Part shown: positions 19,082 through 26,804 of the stretch, piece after piece
How positions within the stretch are numbered: the first letter of the stretch is position 1
Layout: each line of letters begins with the position of its first letter
From: a virus
Lineage: Duplodnaviria; Heunggongvirae; Uroviricota; Caudoviricetes
Virus record (IMG/VR): IMGVR_UViG_3300036766_001364
Coordinates: 64,001 to 128,000 of that record
Length of the DNA: 64,000 nt
Direction: 5' to 3' (one strand)
Notes under the pieces: generated by a model
Told to the model about the DNA's origin: nothing
Database searches by the model: none
Seen by the model: the letters and a program-made list of their open reading frames with translations, nothing else
Position numbers and translations under genes: made by a program

Positions 19082-19993
19082 ATGGACGTCCAGTTGGTCT
19101 CGTCGGTCAACGTGTCGCACAGGTCGATCGTGCAGAAGGCGGTCGATGAATCGCCCGACGAACTCGTCAAGAAGCGCCCCCTCGAGTTCGAGAGCGGCGA
19201 CAAGGCCGATCCGGGATGGAGCCGCTCTCCCGATTCGACGGAACACGGCGATCGGGGCCTGACTCCAGAGCAGATGCTGCGCATGGCCAAGCGCGCCGCG
19301 GACGCGTCGCAGACCGTCGAGAAGTGGGGGACGATCAATTACTCCGAAGACGGGAGCGCTTCAGACCTAGACAGGGACATGATCGAGAACATGCCCACTC
19401 CCGGGCAGAAGCTCTACCTCCGCGACTTCGAGGAGGCGCCCGAGGGGGCCGTCACCGGGGTCGGCCCGCGCGGTGGCAAGTTCTTCTACTACACGTCTGG
19501 CCCGCAGCACGACAAGTGGCTCGTCCAGCGCCGCGAGCACAACGGGTTGGGAAACGTGCCCGAGAACAAGCGCGAGGGGCACCCCGAGCTCGCGAAGCGC
19601 GGGCTCCTCGACAGGCCGCAGCCCGAGCCGACGCGCTCGGACAGGCCAGCGCCGGGCGAGGGCCCCGAGGGCTTCGACTATCCAGAGGACGTGTTCAACC
19701 CGCTGAAGCCGAGCCGGTACATGGAGACCGGCAAGAAATACCAGGTCCGCCTCGGGATGGACAGAAACCATCCAGGCACGTTCGCCGGGAACATGATGAA
19801 ATTCTCAGACGGGAGGGTGGCCGCGGCGATCGGTGGCAACAAGCGCGCCTTCAAGACGGTCGACGACGCGCACGATTGGCTCGTCCACATGACGCGCCAC
19901 GCTGGCAAGATGGGTCCGCAGTTCTATCGTTCGTTCGACTACATCAGGGGCATGACGAGCAAGGCGATCCTCGCCGTCGACGTCGGCGTCTGA
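19082..19993 (+). CDS. hypothetical protein, putative head cargo with GPRGG module
   Basis: ORF downstream of GGTTT promoter; VQKA motif; YLRDFEEAPEGAVTGVGPRGGKFFY. Confidence 0.65.
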   Translation: MDVQLVSSVNVSHRSIVQKAVDESPDELVKKRPLEFESGDKADPGWSRSPDSTEHGDRGLTPEQMLRMAKRAADASQTVEKWGTINYSEDGSASDLDRDMIENMPTPGQKLYLRDFEEAPEGAVTGVGPRGGKFFYYTSGPQHDKWLVQRREHNGLGNVPENKREGHPELAKRGLLDRPQPEPTRSDRPAPGEGPEGFDYPEDVFNPLKPSRYMETGKKYQVRLGMDRNHPGTFAGNMMKFSDGRVAAAIGGNKRAFKTVDDAHDWLVHMTRHAGKMGPQFYRSFDYIRGMTSKAILAVDVGV

Positions 19994-20011
19994 GAAGGGG
20001 GGCGACACCGG

Positions 20012-20284
20012 ATGGCAGCCATGCGCAATTTCGTCGTCGAATGCGGGTGGGAGTTCGACCTGCCGACGGGTTCGATGTACACGGTCGACCGCTGCCCGAG
20101 GTGCGGAAGCGACCACGGTTCGTTCATCGCGTTCGGCGGCGACGGACGGAGCGAACGCGAGAAGATCATCGCCGGGTTCTCGGCGCACGACAGAGCGGCG
20201 TGCGAGCGATGTGGGGGTACGATGTCGGTACCAAGCCTCGATGACGCGATGGGGTCGACGCCGTGTCCAGCGTGCCAAACGTAG
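20012..20284 (+). CDS. zinc-ribbon protein (FmdB-like)
   Basis: Multiple CxxC pairs. Confidence 0.55.
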   Translation: MAAMRNFVVECGWEFDLPTGSMYTVDRCPRCGSDHGSFIAFGGDGRSEREKIIAGFSAHDRAACERCGGTMSVPSLDDAMGSTPCPACQT

Positions 20285-20478
20285 TCAAGTTCCCGCAGAG
20301 CCGCCGGGTGTTCAGGCCCGACACGGTCATGCCGGCGTTCGGGCTCTGCGTGTTCGCGTCTAACGGGAACCTGATCGTCATCCCCGGCTGGCACAGGTTC
20401 GCGTTCGCGATCAGGGTGCGCGACCGCGCCGCGGCGCCCAAGCTGTACGACGCATTGGAGCGCAGGCGCAACAGGTAG
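20263..20478 (+). CDS. hypothetical protein
   Basis: Short ORF overlapping previous stop. Confidence 0.4.
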   Translation: MSSVPNVVKFPQSRRVFRPDTVMPAFGLCVFASNGNLIVIPGWHRFAFAIRVRDRAAAPKLYDALERRRNR

Positions 20479-20574
20479 CTCTGGAGCGTTCTGGACGGTC
20501 GAAGCCCCGGGTTTTCTCCGTCTCGACGGTTGCGCTACCATCCTTCGCATAGAACAGGTCGAACGAGGCGAGCG

Positions 20575-22287
20575 ATGCCGATCCACAGGGTCAAGGGCGG
20601 GTACAAATGGGGCGGTCACGGAGCCGTGTACCCGACGAAAGCGGGGGCGCGGCGCCAGGCCGCCGCGGCTTTCGCTCACGGCTACCAGGGCAAGGCCATG
20701 ATCGACCGTGCCGAGGGCCTCTCGACGCTGATCGCGCTGGGGATCGACGGGCGCGACATCTTCTTGGACGACGAGACCGAGCGCACTAAGGAAGACCTCT
20801 CGAGGGCTCTCGGCGCTTCTGTGCGGCTGTCGAGGGGGTCGTCTCTCAGGGGGCGGAAGGCGAAGGAAGACTACTTCGCTGTCAGCGAGAGCGCAAGCGG
20901 GAAGCGCGTGAAGCTCCCCAAAGAGCGCGTCTACGTCGAGACGAAGCGCGAAGCCCCGTCGGGAGCGTTCGTGCGGCGCGGTCCGCGCGGCGGACTGTTC
21001 TACATGGGCGACCCAAAGACCGGCGATCCGGCGCCGCGTGGGCCAGGAGACGGCCCCGCGGACCGACGGCCGGCCGGCGACCGCCGTACCCGTCGCGGAG
21101 CGCCCGACGGAGCTCCGACCCCCGAGTTCGGAGAGGAAGCCGACGAGGCGACTGCAGATGACACGCTCAGCCGCATCAGGCGCGAGCTCGCGCGGCACCA
21201 GATCGAGCAGGCGCAGCCGATCGAGAGCGGCGGATTCACGCCGGGGTACCGCATCGGAGAACGCGCAGGTGGATACGAGATCAGGGCGCTCGGCCCGAAC
21301 CCCAAGCAGGCGAGATCGGTCGCGCGTCAGATAGTCGAAGCGATGCGCGACGGGCACCTCTTGTTCTCGCGCGACGGGAACTCGATCGTCGTCCGGCCGC
21401 CTGGGGAGCGACGCGGGGGCGACATCGACGCGCCCGAGCCGAAGGTCGAGCAGAGCGACGCGATCAGGTCGCTGGGAGACATCGTCGATCCCATCGGACC
21501 GCTGCGTCTTGACCGCGCGGCGCTTCCCGGTATCGTCGTCGATCTGTCCGCGATGATCAATCTCCAGATGGGCGGATCTGATGTTGAGCGGCGACCTGGT
21601 AGATATGGAGCGCCGTCTTATGGTCGTGTGTATTTGAGACCTGGTGAATATCCGCCTGAGGGCCATTCGGTCCAGCAGGGCCCGCGCGGTGGCATGTTCT
21701 TTGTTCCGCATGATGGTCCGGCGCTCACTAAATGGAAGAATCAGCGTCAGGGGATTCCAGATCCGTTTGCCGGGGGGAAACTGCAGCCGCAAGAGCAGAC
21801 TCCTTCTCAGGGGTTGGGGCAGGAGCAGCAACAGCTGCCGGCCACGGTCCCGTCTGGCAGCGGCGGCGAGCAGACCTATCTTCCGTCTGGCCACGAGGCG
21901 GATCAGCGGAAGAGGATGGACGCCGACGCGGCCGCGCGAAAGAGGTTCGCGACGCGCCAGTCCGAGCCGCCGGCCGTCGGTCACGACGCGCTCATCGGGC
22001 ACCTGACGGGGTCGAAGGGCGAGATCGCCGACCGGTTCGGAGACGTGGTGAACCAGATAGCGACGAAGGACCGCAAGCCGTCTGGAGCGTTCGGCGACCT
22101 CTACGACGCGTTCGTGCGCCAGAACCCAGAGACGCGGCGCAAGTTCGGAGAAGACGCCATCCGTCACGCGCTGTGGGATTCGGCCGTGCAGGTCGCGGGA
22201 CAGAGAAATTCTTCAGCTCAAGGGAGATCATCCGCTGGCGGGGTCTCGCTGGACGCGCCAGTCAGCAGGCCAGAGCCGACGCGCTGA
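20575..22287 (+). CDS. hypothetical protein, putative head cargo with two GPRGG modules (possible frameshifted extension to 22556)
   Basis: N-terminal MPIHRVKGGYKWGGHG motif, QGKA site, two GPRGG modules. Confidence 0.65.
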   Translation: MPIHRVKGGYKWGGHGAVYPTKAGARRQAAAAFAHGYQGKAMIDRAEGLSTLIALGIDGRDIFLDDETERTKEDLSRALGASVRLSRGSSLRGRKAKEDYFAVSESASGKRVKLPKERVYVETKREAPSGAFVRRGPRGGLFYMGDPKTGDPAPRGPGDGPADRRPAGDRRTRRGAPDGAPTPEFGEEADEATADDTLSRIRRELARHQIEQAQPIESGGFTPGYRIGERAGGYEIRALGPNPKQARSVARQIVEAMRDGHLLFSRDGNSIVVRPPGERRGGDIDAPEPKVEQSDAIRSLGDIVDPIGPLRLDRAALPGIVVDLSAMINLQMGGSDVERRPGRYGAPSYGRVYLRPGEYPPEGHSVQQGPRGGMFFVPHDGPALTKWKNQRQGIPDPFAGGKLQPQEQTPSQGLGQEQQQLPATVPSGSGGEQTYLPSGHEADQRKRMDADAAARKRFATRQSEPPAVGHDALIGHLTGSKGEIADRFGDVVNQIATKDRKPSGAFGDLYDAFVRQNPETRRKFGEDAIRHALWDSAVQVAGQRNSSAQGRSSAGGVSLDAPVSRPEPTR

Positions 22288-22623
22288 GATCTGTCCAAGA
22301 CGTGCTTTCATCGACGCGCGGCGTGCGCACGCTGACCGATCAGAACACGGGCAGACCGGGGCCAAAAGTCGTCTTTGGGACCGATGACGACGGATCTGTC
22401 GGAGTCGGATACGTGCACGGGGGAGCCCCGTCAGCTGAATCGACGCGCGCTGGTCGCCGGATGATCGAACACGCGCGACAGGCTCTCATGCAGCATGGAG
22501 AGATGAACGTGCGCGGCGACCGAGACGGACTGACGCGGGTTCCACGGCAAGACTGAATGTAAGCGCTTTCCAGCGCGACGCCCTTCATGGGAAACGTCGC
22601 GCGTGAACGACGAAAGAGGGCGA

Positions 22624-22651
22624 TGTACTCTTCTCCTCTGCGGTGGTACTT
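22624..22651 (+). promoter_or_regulatory. representative TGTAC-N16-17-GTACT promoter driving the tRNA array
   Basis: Same spacing at 22624, 23559, 25337, 31085. Confidence 0.55.
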
Positions 22652-22663
22652 TGATCTCTAGGC

Positions 22664-22738
22664 GCGGGGATCGTTCAGCGGCAAGGATCCTCGACTCCAA
22701 ACCGAGGGACCCTGGTTCGAATCCAGGTCGCCGTGCCA
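22664..22738 (+). tRNA. trnW: tRNA-Trp(CCA)
   Basis: Cloverleaf, loop CT-CCA-AA, TTCGAAT, CCA end. Confidence 0.85.
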
Positions 22739-22922
22739 GAACAGGAAAGGACAGCAGGCTTGCTAGCGCATAAAAGTCCGTCACGCCCCGCTGACGCTGC
22801 GATCACGCAGCGTCAACCGTCCTTTCCTATCCAGCGCAGAAGGCATGAACCCAATACGCTGGATCCGAGGAACGGCCACGCCGGCTAGGTAGAAACCAAA
22901 GCCGCTGGGGTCGCAGAAGAGG

Positions 22923-22998
22923 ACCCCAGAAGCTCAAATGGCCGAGCGCCTCTCTCACATAGAGGAAGTTGAAGGTTCGAAGCCTTCCTGGGGTACCA
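22923..22998 (+). tRNA. trnV: tRNA-Val(CAC)
   Basis: Cloverleaf, loop CT-CAC-AT, CCA end. Confidence 0.9.
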
Positions 22999-23148
22999 AA
23001 GGAATACCAGGCGTCAAGCCTGTTATCCGTACCCCGCAATGGGAGCCGACCAAGGGGTTGGGGCTCAACAGGATGAGTCCGGCCAGTCCAAGCGGAAGAC
23101 GCATGAACGAAAGTTCGTGGGGAGCGCCAGCGCGCGCTCCCCACTCTC

Positions 23149-23225
23149 ATCCCGGTAGATCAATCGGACAGATCGGCGTTCCCCTAAAGCGCAGACTGCG
23201 GGTTCGAACCCCGCCCGGGATTCCA
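23149..23225 (+). tRNA. trnR: tRNA-Arg(CCT)
   Basis: Cloverleaf, loop CC-CCT-AA. Confidence 0.85.
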
Positions 23226-23228
23226 AAT

Positions 23229-23302
23229 GCCACGATGGTGTAGTGGTCTAGCACACCGCTCCTTCAAAGCGGAGATCGCGGGTTCGAAGCCCGCTCGTGG
23301 CA
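23229..23302 (+). tRNA. trnE: tRNA-Glu(TTC)
   Basis: Cloverleaf, loop CC-TTC-AA; no encoded CCA. Confidence 0.88.
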
Positions 23303-23307
23303 CAAGT

Positions 23308-23383
23308 CTCGCGGTCTGCTAATCGGACAGGCACCCTGATTCTCAATCAGGCAATCGGGGTTCGATCCCCCGTCGCGAGACCA
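23308..23383 (+). tRNA. trnE: tRNA-Glu(CTC)
   Basis: Cloverleaf, loop TT-CTC-AA. Confidence 0.85.
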
Positions 23384-23472
23384 GTTTCTTCTCGATGCGA
23401 CATGGGAATTCCAGCGCAGTGTCGCCTGAGGCTGCTGGAACCACGCGATCGATGGGTCAGATCGGCATACGC

Positions 23473-23547
23473 GGTGACGTTAGCTCAGTGGCAGAGCGAC
23501 CGGCCGTGGCCCGGTCGACGCGGGTTCGATCCCCGCACGTCACCCCA
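23473..23547 (+). tRNA. trnH: tRNA-His(GTG)
   Basis: G-1/C73, loop CC-GTG-GC. Confidence 0.9.
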
Positions 23548-23721
23548 GAAAAGAGCCGTGTACGCGTCGCTCCGCGGTGGTACTCTGAAGACAGATCAGG
23601 GAATGCCTCTCCATTTCCGGATGGAGATGGCGTTCTATGATCCATAGGGCCCCCGGTGCTCGACGTCGTGTCCGCTCCACACGTCGACTCGGGGGCTCTC
23701 TATTTTCCCAGACACGCGCGT

Positions 23722-23799
23722 CTGTCTGTAGCGCAGCCCGGTCAGCGCGCAGCTCTGGGGGAGCTGAGGTCGCGGGTTCGAATCCTGCCAGACAGACCA
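23722..23799 (+). tRNA. trnP: tRNA-Pro(GGG)
   Basis: C1-G72, loop CT-GGG-GG. Confidence 0.9.
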
Positions 23800-23868
23800 A
23801 GAATTGACGTGACAAATTGCCATTTTCTCACACCGACCTGGGGCGCGATGCGTCGGGTCTAGTAGAAT

Positions 23869-23945
23869 CTAGATGTAGCTCAGTTAGGTAGAGCGCCGCG
23901 CCTGGGACGCGGAGGTCATCGGTTCGAGCCCGGTCATCTAGACCA
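23869..23945 (+). tRNA. trnP: tRNA-Pro(TGG)
   Basis: Loop CC-TGG-GA. Confidence 0.9.
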
Positions 23946-23947
23946 AT

Positions 23948-24024
23948 CAGTCTGTAGCTCAATTAGGCAGAGCGCAGCCTTCGGGAGGCTGAGGCAATCG
24001 GTTCGATTCCGATCAGACTGACCA
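23948..24024 (+). tRNA. trnP: tRNA-Pro(CGG)
   Basis: Loop TT-CGG-GA. Confidence 0.9.
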
Positions 24025-24028
24025 GAGT

Positions 24029-24103
24029 GTCGCCAAGGTGTCATCGACAGCACGGTGCGTTGCCAACGCACAGGAGCGGGTCTGATTCCCGCTGGCGACT
24101 CCA
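24029..24103 (+). tRNA. trnG: tRNA-Gly(GCC), atypical T-loop TCTGATT
   Basis: Loop TT-GCC-AA, U73-CCA. Confidence 0.8.
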
Positions 24104-24105
24104 AC

Positions 24106-24181
24106 ACTTCCGTAACTCAGTTGGACAGAGTCCTGCCTCTTAAGCAGCGAGACGCCGGTTCGATTCCGGCCGGAAGTACCA
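24106..24181 (+). tRNA. trnK: tRNA-Lys(CTT)
   Basis: Loop CT-CTT-AA. Confidence 0.88.
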
Positions 24182-24338
24182 AGCCATCACCTGGGCCGCC
24201 AGGGGTCGCGTAGACGCGGTCGGAGCGTCGATAATGCGATTCCACACGGCCTAGCGCTCTTGGGTCACTGGTCATCGGGACAACGCGTGCCGACCGCGCT
24301 GCCGCGTTGAGCGGCTCACCGGTGATCAAACAGTCCGT

Positions 24339-24424
24339 GTCGAGGTGGCGAAACGGCAGCCGCGCTGGCTCGAGGGGCCAGTGCCCGCGAGGGCGTGTGG
24401 GTTCGACTCCCATCCTCGACACCA
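24339..24424 (+). tRNA. trnL: tRNA-Leu(GAG), long variable arm
   Basis: Loop TC-GAG-GG. Confidence 0.9.
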
Positions 24425-24425
24425 C

Positions 24426-24500
24426 ACCACGATCGTCCAATCGGTAGGACGCGCGGCTGTTAACCGCAGAATCGGGGTTCGAACCCTCGTCGTGGTGCCA
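24426..24500 (+). tRNA. trnN: tRNA-Asn(GTT)
   Basis: Loop CT-GTT-AA. Confidence 0.9.
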
Positions 24501-24504
24501 AAAC

Positions 24505-24591
24505 GCTGTCGAGCTCATAACGGACTTGAGGCCGGACTGTAGATCCGGTGCGCGAAGGCGCAAGAGTGTTCGATCCATTCCGACAGCACCA
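24505..24591 (+). tRNA. trnY: tRNA-Tyr(GTA)
   Basis: Loop CT-GTA-GA, long variable arm. Confidence 0.85.
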
Positions 24592-24896
24592 AAGGACTCG
24601 ACGCGCACGCCTCGCTCAGTCGGGGTAACGCGGGAAAACTGCAGTTCGCCGCCCGGCAGCGGCGTGAGGACGGGCGAAGTACAAGCCCGTCTGCCGGATC
24701 CCTCGACGGCGGCGCTTCACGGCGTCGGTCAACCGTCGAGGGACCAGACACGGCGCCTCGGCCATGGGGCGCGCTCCCGGCTTGGTCCCCTATGGGGGCG
24801 ATAAGATCCGGAATCGAGCGTCATCGCAACGCCCGGCGTCCAGCCGATCACTGGACGACTGGAGTGAGGAGAAGCCTCCTCAGGGCGCCGTTCAAT

Positions 24897-24971
24897 CTCG
24901 CGGTCGTTCAACGGCTAGGATGACAGATTGTCGATCTGTGGATCGGGGTTCGACTCCCCGTCGCGAGACCA
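24897..24971 (+). tRNA. trnD: tRNA-Asp(GTC)
   Basis: Loop TT-GTC-GA. Confidence 0.85.
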
Positions 24972-24975
24972 ATGT

Positions 24976-25050
24976 GGGCCTGTGGTGTCAATGGGAGCAC
25001 GGCTGCTCCGCACGCAGCGAGTCACAGTTCGAGTCTGTGTGGGTCCACCA
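24976..25050 (+). tRNA. trnA: tRNA-Ala(CGC)
   Basis: G3.U70, loop TC-CGC-AC. Confidence 0.88.
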
Positions 25051-25057
25051 AGATCAT

Positions 25058-25135
25058 TGGTCCATAGCTCAGACGGACAGAGCGCGGCCCTCCGAAGGCC
25101 GAGGTTCGCGGGTTCGAGTCCCGCTGGACCAACCA
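25058..25135 (+). tRNA. trnR: tRNA-Arg(CCG)
   Basis: Loop CT-CCG-AA. Confidence 0.9.
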
Positions 25136-25136
25136 T

Positions 25137-25226
25137 GGAGAGAGCCCGGCACGGACGAGGACGTCGTCTCGAAAACGATCGCCGGTGAAGAGCCGGTCTG
25201 GAGTTCGATTCTCCATCTCTCCGCCA
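25137..25226 (+). tRNA. trnS: tRNA-Ser(CGA)
   Basis: Loop CT-CGA-AA, long variable arm, G73. Confidence 0.85.
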
Positions 25227-25231
25227 CACGT

Positions 25232-25309
25232 ATGCCCGTAGCTCAGCACGGACAGAGCGTCGGCCTGCGGAGCCGAAGATCGGCGGTTCAAGTCCGCCCG
25301 GGCATACCA
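25232..25309 (+). tRNA. trnR: tRNA-Arg(GCG)
   Basis: Loop CT-GCG-GA. Confidence 0.88.
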
Positions 25310-25423
25310 TCAAACGCCGCAACGGTTGAGTCGATGTGTACTAATATGAGCGGATGATGTACATAATAACAGACGAGAAATGTCGATCGATCGACTGGGA
25401 AGGACCGCGCCGTGACGCGTCAA

Positions 25424-25499
25424 GCCGCCGTAGCTCAAAGGAAAGAGCGCTTCGCTTCTATCGAGGGTGATGCAGGTTCGAGTCCTGTCGGCGGCGCCA
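25424..25499 (+). tRNA. trnR: tRNA-Arg(TCT)
   Basis: Loop CT-TCT-AT. Confidence 0.88.
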
Positions 25500-25501
25500 T
25501 C

Positions 25502-25858
25502 ATGAGGACCGACCTGTTCGACGAGCCGCTCGAGAGGGCGATGGGCGCGTCGATCACCGTCCACCGCGACCCGTCTGGGCGCTGCGTGTGGACGGCCAGG
25601 CGCGGGAGCCGAGCGACCAGGTTCACAGAGCCGCGCGTCCCGGCGCTCCCCGTGCGTCCAGCGTCGCCGAGGAACCCATTCGCTCTCGCGCGGTACCTGG
25701 CTGCGCGCCGCGAATGGGAGGGAGAGGTCAGGAGGCTCCGAGAGGAGTGGGACCTCAAGCGCGCTCTGGGACTGCAGCAGATGAAGGCTAGGCTCGACGC
25801 AGACAGAGAGCAGACTCGGGCCGTATCCCCTCTGCCTTCGAAGCAGGCGAAAGGGTAA
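25502..25858 (+). CDS. hypothetical protein inside tRNA array (3' end overlaps atypical tRNA)
   Basis: ORF from ATG 25502, no recognised motif. Confidence 0.35.
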   Translation: MRTDLFDEPLERAMGASITVHRDPSGRCVWTARRGSRATRFTEPRVPALPVRPASPRNPFALARYLAARREWEGEVRRLREEWDLKRALGLQQMKARLDADREQTRAVSPLPSKQAKG

Positions 25859-25897
25859 TCGGAGCCCATGTGGGTTCGAGTCCCACCGGCCCGACCA
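25817..25897 (+). tRNA. atypical tRNA-Arg(TCG)-like, no D-arm at the normal position
   Basis: CGGGCCG/CGGCCCG-A-CCA acceptor, arm TCTGC-CTTCGAA-GCAGG, canonical T-arm; only 7 nt between acceptor and anticodon stem. Confidence 0.65.
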
Positions 25898-25900
25898 AGT

Positions 25901-25978
25901 GTTGCCGTAGACCAACTGGCAGGAGTCGCTACGCTCAGACCGTAGAATGTGTGAGTTCGAATCTCATCGGCAACACCA
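25901..25978 (+). tRNA. trnL: tRNA-Leu(CAG), short variable loop
   Basis: Loop CT-CAG-AC. Confidence 0.82.
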
Positions 25979-25982
25979 TTTC

Positions 25983-26060
25983 ACCCCCGTAGGCAAACTG
26001 GAAAAGCCGCTCTCTTCAAAGGTGGGTGTTCTGCGGGTTCGACGCCCGCCGGGGGTACCA
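25983..26060 (+). tRNA. trnL: tRNA-Leu(CAA), short variable loop
   Basis: Loop TT-CAA-AG, weak anticodon stem. Confidence 0.75.
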
Positions 26061-26063
26061 GAC

Positions 26064-26142
26064 GCTGCCGTGCGTCCAATTGGCAGAGCGGCCCGGTTTA
26101 AAACTGGGCAGATTGCAGGTTCGAGGCCTGCCGGCAGCACCA
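26064..26142 (+). tRNA. trnL: tRNA-Leu(TAA), short variable loop
   Basis: Loop TT-TAA-AA. Confidence 0.82.
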
Positions 26143-26145
26143 AAT

Positions 26146-26220
26146 GACCCGCTGGCCGAGTGGCTTAGGCGGCAGGCCGCAACCCTGTTCACGCCGGTTC
26201 GATTCCGGCGCGGGTCTCCA
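26146..26220 (+). tRNA. trnC: tRNA-Cys(GCA)
   Basis: Loop CC-GCA-AC, U73. Confidence 0.9.
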
Positions 26221-26223
26221 AAC

Positions 26224-26300
26224 ACGCCCGTGGCGCAATTGGTCAGCGCGGCCGACTTTTAATCGGCGGGTTGCAGGTTCGAGTCCTGTCGGGCGTACCA
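26224..26300 (+). tRNA. trnK: tRNA-Lys(TTT)
   Basis: Loop CT-TTT-AA. Confidence 0.92.
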
Positions 26301-26303
26301 AAT

Positions 26304-26380
26304 CGCGAAGGGGTGACACGGTCTCCACGCAGGCCTCATAAGCCTTGAGACAGCGGGTTCGACTCCCGCCTTCGCAACCA
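26304..26380 (+). tRNA. trnM: tRNA-fMet(CAT)-like, atypical D-arm
   Basis: C1.A72 mismatch, loop CT-CAT-AA. Confidence 0.75.
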
Positions 26381-26382
26381 AT

Positions 26383-26457
26383 GTCTCTGTAGCTGAGTTG
26401 GCGTAGCGCGGGCTTGAAGAACCCGATACGCAGGTTCGAATCCTGCCGGAGACACCA
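26383..26457 (+). tRNA. trnF: tRNA-Phe(GAA)
   Basis: Loop TT-GAA-GA. Confidence 0.85.
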
Positions 26458-26496
26458 ACAATCGACCCGTCTGCGCGATCGCGGTACTATAGACGC

Positions 26497-26715
26497 GTGG
26501 CAGCCAAGTGTCCGGTCTGCGGCGAAGAGATCCCGGCGGATCGAACGGGAGCGATCGACCACCTCGCGGAGGAGCACCCCAAGGAGCTCATCAGGATGTC
26601 GCGCGTCGACAACGACATGAGCTGGGCCGGGGGAGAGCTCGAGAAGGCGTTCGGCCTCCAAGAGGGGCTGGTGAAGACCGACTCGTCGGACCCGTTCGCC
26701 CCCAACCAGCGATAG
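26497..26715 (+). CDS. small C2H2-like zinc-finger protein
   Basis: CPVC...HLAEEH; preceded by GGTACTAT -10-like box. Confidence 0.6.
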   Translation: MAAKCPVCGEEIPADRTGAIDHLAEEHPKELIRMSRVDNDMSWAGGELEKAFGLQEGLVKTDSSDPFAPNQR

Positions 26716-26716
26716 C

Positions 26717-26793
26717 GCTCCGGTCGTCTAGCGGCCTAGGACGCCTGCGCGACCTGCAGGAGATCGCGTGTTCGAATCACGCCTGGAGCACCA
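26717..26793 (+). tRNA. trnV: tRNA-Val(GAC), atypical loop GC-GAC-CT
   Basis: Cloverleaf with CCA. Confidence 0.75.
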
Positions 26794-26804
26794 TTTCAGT
26801 ACAC

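Noticed and set aside
19939-22167. Long minus-strand ORFs (for example 19939-22167, 34343-35716, 36839-38101, 59497-60735)
   Set aside because: Antisense shadows of high-GC plus-strand genes; Arg/Pro-rich with no motifs
23060-23120. Hammerhead ribozyme (GATGAGTCC...GAAA)
   Set aside because: Core lacks CTGA and stem II does not close directly onto GAAA
22827-26700. ORF-track proteins overlapping tRNAs
   Set aside because: Read-through of tRNA genes with no coding signal, except 26497-26715 and possibly 25502-25858
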